Positions 11,101 to 19,417 of a DNA stretch of 64,000 nt are shown one piece after another; positions within the stretch are counted from its first letter, which is position 1; each line of letters begins with the position of its first letter. The stretch spans positions 5,108-69,107 of the forward strand of contig JAZNUT010000018.1 of the NCBI GenBank assembly GCA_045592425.1. The letters are read 5' to 3'. This DNA comes from Candidatus Egerieisoma sp. (GTDB taxonomy: Bacteria; Bacteroidota; Bacteroidia; Bacteroidales; UBA932). Under the pieces are notes generated by a model. The model was not told the DNA's origin. It did not search any database and saw only the letters and a program-made list of their open reading frames with translations. The position numbers and the translations under genes are program-made.

Positions 11101-11374
11101 TATCCCTGCTACCAGAGTATATTGGCCAACAGAGCCTTCTATGGAGCCTCAGGCAATGGATATGCTTACAAACAAACAGATAGATATGGTTGTAAACATT
11201 CCTAAGAACCTTACCCAGGAGGAGTTGGAGAACGGTTACAAGGTAAGACGTGCTGCTGTGGATTTCAATATTCCACTAATTACAAATGCCCGTCTTGCAA
11301 GTGCATTCATCAACGCATTCTGTAATGTTCCGCTTGAGAAAATTCAGATTAAGAGTTGGGATGAGTACAGATAA
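8150..11374 (+). CDS. carB: carbamoyl-phosphate synthase large subunit
   Basis: 1074 aa with duplicated ATP-grasp halves (LLGSGALKIGEAGEFDYSGSQA; VLGSGAYRIGSSVEFDWC) and an MGS-like C-terminal domain. Confidence 0.95.
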   Translation: MEKISKVLLLGSGALKIGEAGEFDYSGSQAIKAMKDEGIETILINPNIATVQTSEGVADKIYYLPVTPYFVEQVIKKEKPQGILLAFGGQTALNCGVELYRTGILEKYNLQVLGTPVQAIMDTEDRELFNKKLDEIDVKTIKSHAVENLEDAVAAAKELGYPVIIRAAYALGGLGSGFCNNEEELVKLAEKSFTFSPQVLVEKSLKGWKEIEFEVVRDKYDNCVTVCNMENFDPLGIHTGESIVVAPCQTLTNSELHKLRDIAIRIVRHIGIVGECNVQYAFDTESEDYRVIEINARLSRSSALASKATGYPLAFVAAKIGLGYGLFELKNSANGLTPAFMEPSCDYIVCKMPRWDLSKFQGVSREIGSSMKSVGEIMSIGRTFEEVIQKGIRMIGQGAHGFVANKEIVVNDIDKALRQPTDNRIFVISKAFNAGYTVEQIHELTKIDKWFLDKLYNIIITGKELMALNSTEELGYDLMKKAKRQGFSDFQIARLVLKELTAQDSDLGSATIRKYRKSLGILPVVKQIDTLAGEYPAKINYLYLSYSGDKHDIEFADDKKSIIVLGSGAYRIGSSVEFDWCSVNALTTIQKCGWRGVMINYNPETVSTDYDMCDRLYFDELTYERVMDIHDLENPHGMVVSVGGQIPNNLALKLDANGVNILGTQAKYIDNAEDRHKFSSMLDTLEIDQPKWKELSTMSDVYEFVDKVGFPVLVRPSYVLSGAAMNVCSNKVELEQFLNLAANVSKKHPVVVSEFIQNAKEIEFDAVADKGEVIAYAISEHIEFAGVHSGDATIQFPPQKLYIETARRIKKIARKIAQALQITGPFNIQFLAKENAIKVIECNLRASRSFPFVSKVLKINFIELAAKAMIGQPYEIPNKSAFDLDYVGIKASQFSFARLLKADPVLGVDMASTGEVGCLGDDTNEAILKSMLSVGYKIPQKNILLSTGDARQKAELLSAAKMLADKGYSLFATGGSWKYLVENNIPATRVYWPTEPSMEPQAMDMLTNKQIDMVVNIPKNLTQEELENGYKVRRAAVDFNIPLITNARLASAFINAFCNVPLEKIQIKSWDEYR

Positions 11375-11377
11375 TAT

Positions 11378-12394
11378 ATGGATATATTACTTTTAATTAT
11401 AGGATTGGCGCTTATTATTATAGGCGCCAATTATCTTGTAGATGGAGCCAGTGCAATTGCAAAAAGGGCCGGACTATCCGATTTTATAATTGGAATGACC
11501 ATTGTGGGTATTGGGACATCCACCCCAGAGATGGTAGTTAGTTTTGCATCAGCAATTAAAGGGAATGCAGACATGGCAGTTGGAAATGTTTTGGGTTCAA
11601 ACATGTTCAATACCTTAATGATATTGGGATGCACAGCCCTCCTCTCTCCTATTGCCCTAACCTCAAACAACATTAAAAAAGATATTCCTTTCTCACTGTT
11701 GGCAGCTTTTGTCCTATGCGTAATGGGATGTTCCACAATATTGGACGGAACAACAGCAAACACCATCACCAGAGTAAACGGAATCATGCTTTTGTGCATG
11801 TTTGGAATCTTTATGGCCTATACAATCTATTCCAGCACATCTGCAGCAGGAAGTTCTCTGCATACAAATTCCCCTACAGCAGACAATTCTCTTCCCGACA
11901 GCTCAAATGACAATAATTTGTCGGGAAGGAAAAAGGTGACTCCTGTATGGCTTGCAATCATAATGGTCCTTGGAGGACTCTGTGGGCTGGTATTTGGTGG
12001 AGACATGTTTGTTAACTCAGCTTCTTCATTGGCCCGCAAACTTGGAATTTCTGATGCTGTAATTGCCATGACCATTGTTGCAGGGGGAACTTCTCTTCCA
12101 GAACTTGCCTCATGCATTGTAGCGGCTATAAAGAAAAATACAGACCAGGCCCTTGGAAATGTTATTGGCTCCAATGTGAGCAACATTTTCCTTATCCTTG
12201 GAGGAAGTGCCACCATCCATCCGCTGGTAATGAACGGTGTAAAGCCACAAGACCTTATAACCCTGATGCTCAGTGCCCTGCTGGTATTCCTGTTTGCATT
12301 TACATTCAAGAAAAAGAAAATTGACAGGATAGAGGGGGGATTGCTCGTATGTATATACATTGCATTTATCTGGCTCTCACTATCGGCATTGTAA
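11378..12394 (+). CDS. CaCA-family Na+/Ca2+ (YrbG-like) antiporter
   Basis: Two alpha-repeat halves (GTSTPEMVVS; GTSLPELASC) separated by a hydrophilic loop. Confidence 0.85.
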   Translation: MDILLLIIGLALIIIGANYLVDGASAIAKRAGLSDFIIGMTIVGIGTSTPEMVVSFASAIKGNADMAVGNVLGSNMFNTLMILGCTALLSPIALTSNNIKKDIPFSLLAAFVLCVMGCSTILDGTTANTITRVNGIMLLCMFGIFMAYTIYSSTSAAGSSLHTNSPTADNSLPDSSNDNNLSGRKKVTPVWLAIIMVLGGLCGLVFGGDMFVNSASSLARKLGISDAVIAMTIVAGGTSLPELASCIVAAIKKNTDQALGNVIGSNVSNIFLILGGSATIHPLVMNGVKPQDLITLMLSALLVFLFAFTFKKKKIDRIEGGLLVCIYIAFIWLSLSAL

Positions 12395-12415
12395 CAGAAT
12401 GTTTATGATAAATTA

Positions 12416-12455
12416 AAGGAGGATGACAGTAAAAGTCATCCTCCTTTTGCTTTTT
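12416..12455 (+). terminator. rho-independent terminator after the antiporter gene
   Basis: AAGGAGGATGAC-AGTAAAA-GTCATCCTCCTT followed by TTGCTTTTT. Confidence 0.8.
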
Positions 12456-12471
12456 GGCACTATAAATTTAT

Positions 12472-12479
12472 TACTTTTG
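12472..12479 (+). promoter_or_regulatory. possible -7 promoter box (TACTTTTG) of the marR-hdr-like operon; adjacent 10-bp palindrome ATAAATTTAT at 12462-12471
   Basis: TAnnTTTG match 28 nt upstream of the marR ATG. The palindrome could be a MarR operator. Confidence 0.3.
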
Positions 12480-12507
12480 CGTAATGTAAACCATTTTACT
12501 ATAAAAT

Positions 12508-12993
12508 ATGATACTCAATAAACAGATAGGTGTATTTCTAAACTTTGTGCACAACAGGACAAAGCAATATATTTCAAACATTTTGCAGGATGAAGGGTTT
12601 AATATTACACCGGAGCAGTTTCTGGTTATGGATGCCCTATGGAACGAGGGGACAATGTCCCAGCAGCAACTCTCCCTAAACTTGATGAAGGACAAGAACT
12701 CCATTGTCAAACTTATAGACGGGCTTGAGAAGAAAGGTCTTGTACAGCGTGTTGCTGACAAGAAAGACAGACGCCAGAATCTTATAGAGCTTACCCCTGC
12801 AGCATGGGAGATTAAAGAGAAGGTGACAGAGGTTGCAATAAATGCAGTAAACTATGTAATAAAAGATATTCCTCAGGAGGAGATTGCAGTATTCATAAAG
12901 GTTCTCAGCAAAATGGCCGAGAATATGAATGAGGATACAGATTTGTTGGCTCTTGCAAAGAAAGGGAAATACCCTTCTGAAATAGAATATTAA
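12508..12993 (+). CDS. MarR-family transcriptional regulator
   Basis: Winged-helix MarR pattern (ITPEQFLVMDALWNEGTMSQQQLSLNLMKDKNSIVKLIDGLEKKGLVQRVADKKDRRQNLIELT). Confidence 0.88.
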   Translation: MILNKQIGVFLNFVHNRTKQYISNILQDEGFNITPEQFLVMDALWNEGTMSQQQLSLNLMKDKNSIVKLIDGLEKKGLVQRVADKKDRRQNLIELTPAAWEIKEKVTEVAINAVNYVIKDIPQEEIAVFIKVLSKMAENMNEDTDLLALAKKGKYPSEIEY

Positions 12994-13011
12994 ACGGCAA
13001 AATATTGAATC

Positions 13012-13707
13012 ATGGCAAAATTATATGACTTGCTTACAGAAGACTACAGAATAAAGGAAGGGCTGAAAGCGTGTATCAATTGTGGTACATGTACAGCAAT
13101 TTGCCCTGCAGCGGAGTTCTACAAATATGATCCGCGCAGGATAGTGGATATTGTACAGAGCAAGGATGAGGCACAGATTGAAGAGCTTCTTAAGAGTGAG
13201 ACAATCTGGTATTGCGGAGAGTGCATGTCATGCCTTACAAGGTGTCCCCGTAAAAATGCACCGGGGCTGATAATTATGGCCCTGAGGAACCTCTCAATGG
13301 AATTGGGCTATTTTACACACAGCGAGAAGGGAAGACAACAATATGCACTCACAAAAATAATGTCTGAAAACATCCTCAATTACGGCTACTGTGTATATGC
13401 CAGAACCTTCAAATCAGCAGACCACCCGGAGGCCGGACCTGTTTGGGAGTGGATTGAACAGAATATGGATGATGTATATGAGCGTAATGGTGCAAATCTG
13501 GATGGAGAAGGTCCTGGAGCTCTCAGAAAGATACCTCAGGAAGATCTTGACCAGCTGAAAAGGATCTTTGACCACACCGGAGCAACAAAAAGGATTGAGA
13601 CCATTAACCGCTGCTCCATGGAGAAGGCAAAAGAGATGGACCTTACTCCCGACGAATACTTCAACCATGTATTCAACGTCTCTGAAAAGGAGCATTTGAA
13701 CCAATAG
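13012..13707 (+). CDS. HdrC-like 2x[4Fe-4S] protein
   Basis: Two ferredoxin motifs, CINCGTCTAICP and CGECMSCLTRCP, with HdrC-type spacing; 231 aa. Confidence 0.75.
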   Translation: MAKLYDLLTEDYRIKEGLKACINCGTCTAICPAAEFYKYDPRRIVDIVQSKDEAQIEELLKSETIWYCGECMSCLTRCPRKNAPGLIIMALRNLSMELGYFTHSEKGRQQYALTKIMSENILNYGYCVYARTFKSADHPEAGPVWEWIEQNMDDVYERNGANLDGEGPGALRKIPQEDLDQLKRIFDHTGATKRIETINRCSMEKAKEMDLTPDEYFNHVFNVSEKEHLNQ

Positions 13708-13719
13708 AAAACTAAAAAG

Positions 13720-14784
13720 ATGATATACCAAGGAAAACAGAAAATATGGAGTGATTATCAGAAGGAGATTCCCGATGACCACTACTTTTATGTAAGGAGC
13801 TGTATCAGACAGAACCTTTTTCCTGCCAGTGAGAAGACTTTCCTGGACATAACCAGGAACAAGCTGGGGAAGGATTTCTTTGAGACAGAGCACCATACCA
13901 CCTGCGGAGGAATAGCGTACCATTGTGACACCATTCCTCAGGAGACCTCCATGACCATTATTGCAAGGCAATTCGCCCTGATGCACAAATACGGTTATGA
14001 GAACTATGTATGCTCATGTATAACCTCGTTCGGCTTATATACAGAGACACTTGAGACATGGCATGAATTTCCCCAACTTGAGGCAAAAATTAGGGAAAAC
14101 CTTTGGGAAACCTGCCGTCTTGAGTTTGCCAAGCCAAAATACCTTGCCCACGCAAGTGACATAATATACAAATACCGCAACCTGATTGCCGAACAGGCCA
14201 AATATAAGCTTATAAATAAAAAAACGGGCGAGCCTCTAAGAGTTGTTGAGCACATTGGATGCCACTACGGAAAAATGTTCCCGAGCAAGAGTGTCGGAGG
14301 GGCAGAATACCCTTATGTACTTGCCGGAATGATTGAAGCATGGGGAGGAGAAGTGATAGATTACCCTGAGAGGAGACACTGTTGCGGCTATGGCTTCCGC
14401 CAATACCACATTAGGAGCAACAGAGGTTACTCTTTGGCCAACACTCACAAGAAGTTTGAGAGCATGGAGCCTTACAAACCGGATATGATAATTACCAACT
14501 GCCCCGGCTGTCCATATTTTCTTGACCGTTGGCAATATGTAATAGCTGAAATGGAGGGTAAAACCTATGGAGAAAACGGCCACGGAATCCCTGTATTCAC
14601 CTATGAGGAGGTTGCCGGACTTGTCCTTGGGTATGACCCTTGGGATTTGGGACTTCAGATGCACCAGATTGGCCCCGAGCCTCTACTGGACAAAATGGGA
14701 ATCCCATACGACCCTAACGCCAAGTACAAAGGGGTAAACAACAAAGATTTGGGCAGACCGGAACTCCCAAGTTGTTTGAAATAA
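13720..14784 (+). CDS. HdrB-like CCG-domain protein
   Basis: The C-terminal CCG domain is canonical (GCHYG...RRHCCGYG...ITNCPGCP). The N-terminal copy is degenerate (SCIRQ...TTCGGIAYHC...VCSC). Confidence 0.75.
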   Translation: MIYQGKQKIWSDYQKEIPDDHYFYVRSCIRQNLFPASEKTFLDITRNKLGKDFFETEHHTTCGGIAYHCDTIPQETSMTIIARQFALMHKYGYENYVCSCITSFGLYTETLETWHEFPQLEAKIRENLWETCRLEFAKPKYLAHASDIIYKYRNLIAEQAKYKLINKKTGEPLRVVEHIGCHYGKMFPSKSVGGAEYPYVLAGMIEAWGGEVIDYPERRHCCGYGFRQYHIRSNRGYSLANTHKKFESMEPYKPDMIITNCPGCPYFLDRWQYVIAEMEGKTYGENGHGIPVFTYEEVAGLVLGYDPWDLGLQMHQIGPEPLLDKMGIPYDPNAKYKGVNNKDLGRPELPSCLK

Positions 14785-14828
14785 CGTTGTCTTTTTGTAC
14801 AATTAAAAGATTATAAAGCAATTACAAA

Positions 14829-15848
14829 ATGAAAAATATAGTAATCATTGGTGGAGGCCCTGCCGGACTGCAGGCCGGTGCAGAATTGAATGATTTGGGC
14901 TACAATGTAATACTCATAGAGAAATCCCCTACCCTTGGCGGACATCTTGCCAAATGGGACAGGCTTTTTCCCAATGGAGAAAAGGCAAGTGATGTACTGG
15001 ACAAGCTTATAAAGCGGATAAACGGGGTAAAATGCTTTACCCAAACTAAAATTCAGAGTATAAACCTCCTTAAAAGTTCTTATAATGTCATCTTGGACAA
15101 CGGTATTACAGTACTGGCAGATGCCGTTCTGTTTGCCACAGGTTTTGACCTGTTCAGGGCACAGAAAAAAGAGGAATACGGATACGGCATCTATGACAGG
15201 GTAATAACAAATGCAGATCTTGAGCAGTGGTTCAGCAGCCACAATGACAAGAGGATAGTAAAGAGCCCAAAAAGGATAGGTTTTGTGCACTGTGTTGGCT
15301 CCCGAGATGAGAAAGCCGGCAACAGATACTGTTCAAAGGTTTGCTGTGCCACTGCCGTAAAACAGGCCTGCGAGATAAAACAGGAGTTCCCTGATGCAGA
15401 GGTATTCTGCTTTTATATGGATTTGAGAATGTTCTCAAGAGGATTTGAGGACATGTACTTGAATGCGCAAAAAGATTACGGAATAAGATTCATCAGAGGA
15501 AGGGTCTCTGAGGTTGCAGAAAACATAAATAAAGAACTGATTGTTAAAGCAGAAGACACTTTGAGCGGGAAACCGGTAAAAGTGACATTGGATCTGCTTG
15601 TACTTATGAGCGGAATGCAGAATTGTGGAGAAGGTGCAGAAGTAGCCTCTCAATTGGGAATACACAACAGTCCGCAGGACGGGTTCTTTGAGACCTCCGA
15701 GGGAATCCTTGGTCTGCAATACAGCAAAAAACCGGGAGTATTCTTTGCAGGTGCCTGCACTGGTCCAAAAACTCTTCCCGACAGCTTGAATGAGGCAAGT
15801 TCTGCAGCCCTTGCAATCCACCAATACATAAAAACCAAGAATAAGTGA
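14829..15848 (+). CDS. short HdrA-like FAD/[4Fe-4S] flavoprotein
   Basis: GGGPAG dinucleotide fold. HCVGSRDEKAGNRYCSKVCC fits the HdrA cluster motif CxGxRDx(6-8)CSxxCC. At 339 aa it matches the short sHdrA/QmoA-size forms. Confidence 0.78.
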   Translation: MKNIVIIGGGPAGLQAGAELNDLGYNVILIEKSPTLGGHLAKWDRLFPNGEKASDVLDKLIKRINGVKCFTQTKIQSINLLKSSYNVILDNGITVLADAVLFATGFDLFRAQKKEEYGYGIYDRVITNADLEQWFSSHNDKRIVKSPKRIGFVHCVGSRDEKAGNRYCSKVCCATAVKQACEIKQEFPDAEVFCFYMDLRMFSRGFEDMYLNAQKDYGIRFIRGRVSEVAENINKELIVKAEDTLSGKPVKVTLDLLVLMSGMQNCGEGAEVASQLGIHNSPQDGFFETSEGILGLQYSKKPGVFFAGACTGPKTLPDSLNEASSAALAIHQYIKTKNK

Positions 15849-16171
15849 TGGAAAAGTTTGGATTTACCCTCAGCCCCAGTTCCAGAATAGACCTGGATAA
15901 AGTGGATAAGGAAAAATTTGCCAGACTGGTAAAAATAGAACCCGATGTGCTCAAATGTATGGCTTGCGGAAGCTGCAGTGCAAGCTGCACAGCCGGCAAG
16001 TTTACCCCTACCAGCCTCAGAAGTGCAATACTTGCACTGCAGAACGGCAAACCCCAACAGGCATTGGATATGCTAAAAGGGTGCCTTTTGTGCGGTAAAT
16101 GCACAATGGTATGTCCTCGGGCAATAAATACCAGACATCTTATTCTGGCAATAAACTCAATATATCAATAG
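15848..16171 (+). CDS. small HdrC2-like di-cluster ferredoxin
   Basis: CMACGSCSASC and CLLCGKCTMVCP motifs. The ATG overlaps the upstream TGA (GTGATG). Confidence 0.65.
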   Translation: MEKFGFTLSPSSRIDLDKVDKEKFARLVKIEPDVLKCMACGSCSASCTAGKFTPTSLRSAILALQNGKPQQALDMLKGCLLCGKCTMVCPRAINTRHLILAINSIYQ

Positions 16172-16210
16172 GAACCTGGAACAGTGCTCTGTTCCAAAAA
16201 TGGAATTGAA

Positions 16211-18049
16211 ATGAGAGAAAGAATCTTGGGAGGATATGATGATTTTGTTCTGCCGTTCATGATAGGAATTGTGTTCATTCTCATCTATCTTTTTATAGGG
16301 CTTATAAGAATCTTCAAACACATGCCACTGAAAGACCGTGTGAGGTTCTTCAAATCGCTCACCAACCCAATAACAATGTTCAAAAATGTAAAAGATATAA
16401 TTTATGACTGTCTTTTGCATGTAAAGATATTCAAAAGGAACCTTCTACTTGGTTATATGCATGCCAGCATAGCACTCGGATGGTTCATGCTTATAGTTAT
16501 AGGACACATTGAGGTGGCATTGTATGTACCTCAAAGAAATGGTATCCTGTACTATCCTGTATTTTTCAGATATTTTGTAAAGCAGGAAGGGGACCTTTCC
16601 CTTAAAGGGGCATTCTTCTTCTTCCTTATGGATTTCTTCCTCCTTATAGTGCTGTCGGGAATAGGACTGGCAATTTATAAAAGGTTCCGTTCAAGGGCAC
16701 TGGGGATGCGCAGAACCACAAAACCATGCCTTGCAGACAGAATTGCACTGGCCTGCCTGTGGAGCATTTTTCCATTGAGGCTCCTCGCAGAGAGCTTTAC
16801 TGCCGGAATTGCAGGTGGAAGTTTCCTTACCAAACCAATGTACTGGCTCTTTGCAAACTTCCTTGCAAATGACTCACACATCCTGCCGACATGGTGGGCA
16901 TACTCAACTGCATTGGGACTCTTCTTCCTTGCACTGCCGTTCAGCAGATATATGCATATACCAACAGAGGCATTTCTTATCATGCTCAGAAATGCAGGAA
17001 TAAAGGCAAGTCACCCAAGAAAAGGATTTGCAGAGGCAGAGATTTACTCATGCTCCAGCTGCGGTATCTGTATAGATGCCTGTCCTATGAATATCCAGAA
17101 AAAGAATCTCCCATACTCCTCGGTATATATGGTAAGATTCCTCAGGAGACGCAACAAAAAGAAAACCGGAATTATTGCAGACAAATGCCTTATGTGCGGC
17201 AAATGTGTTGCACTGTGCCCTGTAGGGGTAGATTCGTGCAATCTTAAAAGGAAACAGAGGGAGATTGTCTATAATGAGCAGAAATATGATTACAGCTATT
17301 TGAGCGGGGCAAAACATCCCGCTGGAGATACATCCAATGAGGCAGTTGTTGCCCCTGCCAAAGAGGAGAAGATTCTCTATTTTGCCGGTTGCATGACACA
17401 TCTTACCCCATCAATCATAAAGAACCTTACAGGAATCTTTGAACTGTCGGGAACAGAATATGTATTTGCAGACAAAGATGGTGGGGTGTGCTGTGGAAGG
17501 CCCCTTATCCTTGCCGGGAAAGAGGATGCAGCCAAAGAGGTGATTGCAAAAAATACCGCCCTTATAAAAGGGAGCGGTTGCAAGAAGGTGGTCCTCTCCT
17601 GCCCTATCTGCCTTAAAGTGCTCAAAGAGGAGTACAAACTGCCGGGAATTGAGCTGTTGCACCATACCCAGTTTATAAACAATCTCATTATTGAGGGTAA
17701 GATTAAGGTTAAAAACAGCGGGGAGAGCATGGTATATCACAACCCTTGTGAGCTTGGACGCGGATGTGGAATATATCAGGAGCCTGTTAATGTCCTACAA
17801 CAGCTTGGAGAGCTACGCAAAGGTGAAAAAGAGGGGAAAGAGAGCATCTGCTGCGGAGGAAGCCTTGGAAGCCTCACCCTAAGCTATGATGACCGCTCAA
17901 AAATAACCCAGGGATCACTCAATGCCCTTATGGTAAACAACCCGAGCAAGATAATTACAGCATGTCCGCTATGCCTTAAAACCTTTGCGGACAAGAGTAC
18001 TGCACCAGTTATGGATATAGCTCAAATTGTAAGGGAGAACATTTGTTAA
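16211..18049 (+). CDS. polytopic membrane domain fused to an HdrD-like (2x[4Fe-4S] + two CCG) module
   Basis: The N-terminal ~260 aa are hydrophobic with conserved His residues (YMHASIALGWFMLIVIGH; SRYMHIPTE). These are followed by CSSCGICIDACP, CLMCGKCVALCP, VCCGRP...SCPICL and ICCGGSLG...ACPLCL. The track start at 16184 is GTG, so ATG at 16211 is preferred. Confidence 0.7.
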   Translation: MRERILGGYDDFVLPFMIGIVFILIYLFIGLIRIFKHMPLKDRVRFFKSLTNPITMFKNVKDIIYDCLLHVKIFKRNLLLGYMHASIALGWFMLIVIGHIEVALYVPQRNGILYYPVFFRYFVKQEGDLSLKGAFFFFLMDFFLLIVLSGIGLAIYKRFRSRALGMRRTTKPCLADRIALACLWSIFPLRLLAESFTAGIAGGSFLTKPMYWLFANFLANDSHILPTWWAYSTALGLFFLALPFSRYMHIPTEAFLIMLRNAGIKASHPRKGFAEAEIYSCSSCGICIDACPMNIQKKNLPYSSVYMVRFLRRRNKKKTGIIADKCLMCGKCVALCPVGVDSCNLKRKQREIVYNEQKYDYSYLSGAKHPAGDTSNEAVVAPAKEEKILYFAGCMTHLTPSIIKNLTGIFELSGTEYVFADKDGGVCCGRPLILAGKEDAAKEVIAKNTALIKGSGCKKVVLSCPICLKVLKEEYKLPGIELLHHTQFINNLIIEGKIKVKNSGESMVYHNPCELGRGCGIYQEPVNVLQQLGELRKGEKEGKESICCGGSLGSLTLSYDDRSKITQGSLNALMVNNPSKIITACPLCLKTFADKSTAPVMDIAQIVRENIC

Positions 18050-18093
18050 ACATGTTTAAATAACGTACTTTTGCACCCTCAAACAAGAATCTT

Positions 18094-19380
18094 ATGGAAA
18101 TAAAACCTACTTCTTATAAACTTGAGAACTGTGCCACAAAACGTCAGTTCAAAGATGAAGGCTGGACACTTGCAGATCCTCAGCACAAAGACCCTACACT
18201 TGTAAGAGCCATTTATGAGAAAAAACAGATAGAGTTCAAGGACAACTCTTACGGAATATACAAATTTGCAGACTGGATGCCAATAAGCAGAATGCTTGAG
18301 GGATCTTGTGCCCCTGTAACTTACAAGAGTGAGGCTCTTGCAAAAGAGCTTGGGCTTGAGAACCTTTACATAACATTCAGCGGATGGTGGCCACAAAAGG
18401 GGGCAACAATGCCAACCTGTTCGTTCAAGGAGACAGAGGCATACTCTGTGTGTGCAAGACTGCCAAAAGATAACAACCGCATATTGGTGGTTGCATCCGC
18501 AGGCAACACTGCCAGAGCATTTGCACAGGTTTGCTCAAACAACAATATTCCAATTGTAATAGCAATACCTTACGACAACCTAAATGCACTTTGGTTCCGT
18601 CAGCCACTCAACGATTGCGTAAAGATTATCTGTACCCCATCCGGCTCAGACTATTTTGATGCCATAGCACTTGCCGCAAAACTTAACGGCAGCCCAAGAT
18701 ATATGGAAGAGGGAGGGGCAAAAAATGTGGCCCGCAGAGACGGTATGGCAACAACAGTCCTTTCTGCAGCACAGGTGATAGGCCGTATTCCCGACAGCTA
18801 TTTCCAGGCAGTAGGAAGCGGCACAGGTACCATTGCAGCATACGAGTCCAACATAAGACTGATTGAAGACGGCAGATTTGGAAGCCATCTTATGAAGCTT
18901 ATCCCATCCCAGAACATCCCATTCACCCCAATGTATGACGCCTTTAAGGCAGACAGCAGGGCTCTACTTCCATTTGATGAGGATAAGGCACGAGTAGAGG
19001 CACTTGAGATTACTGCAAAAGTTCTCTCAAACCGCAAACCGCCATACAGTATTGCCGGAGGCCTATACGATGTCCTAAAAGAGAGTAATGGAGATATGGA
19101 GATTGTAACCAACGGGGAACTTGCAGCAGCATGTGATTTGTTTGAAAAACTGGAGGGAATTGATATCCATCCTGCAGCAGGAGTTGCAGTGGAGAGTTTG
19201 CGTAAAGCAATTGCAGCCGGAAAAGTGAGGAAAGATGAAGTTGTAATGCTTAACATTACCGGTGGTGGTGAGAAACTCTTCAAAGCGGAGCATAACTGGA
19301 TAAATGTGGAGCCTCATCTTGTAATGGATGCCTCTACCCCAGCCCAGGATGTAATTGATGCAGTTGACAAATTATTTTAA
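18094..19380 (+). CDS. threonine-synthase-fold PLP enzyme, probable cysteate synthase
   Basis: 428 aa with PLP-lysine context CSFKETEA, a tryptophan-synthase-beta fold pattern (VVASAGNTARAF; GSGTGTIAAYE), and an N-terminal extension resembling the cysteate synthase family rather than ThrC. Assigned from memory of the family and not searched. Confidence 0.55.
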   Translation: MEIKPTSYKLENCATKRQFKDEGWTLADPQHKDPTLVRAIYEKKQIEFKDNSYGIYKFADWMPISRMLEGSCAPVTYKSEALAKELGLENLYITFSGWWPQKGATMPTCSFKETEAYSVCARLPKDNNRILVVASAGNTARAFAQVCSNNNIPIVIAIPYDNLNALWFRQPLNDCVKIICTPSGSDYFDAIALAAKLNGSPRYMEEGGAKNVARRDGMATTVLSAAQVIGRIPDSYFQAVGSGTGTIAAYESNIRLIEDGRFGSHLMKLIPSQNIPFTPMYDAFKADSRALLPFDEDKARVEALEITAKVLSNRKPPYSIAGGLYDVLKESNGDMEIVTNGELAAACDLFEKLEGIDIHPAAGVAVESLRKAIAAGKVRKDEVVMLNITGGGEKLFKAEHNWINVEPHLVMDASTPAQDVIDAVDKLF

Positions 19381-19417
19381 CTAACTATAAACTATTCCAA
19401 CCTAACTGAAAACTGAA

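Noticed and set aside
13414-13986. 190-aa ORF on the minus strand spanning the hdrC-like/hdrB-like junction
   Set aside because: It is a shadow ORF opposite two genes with clear Fe-S and CCG cysteine motifs.
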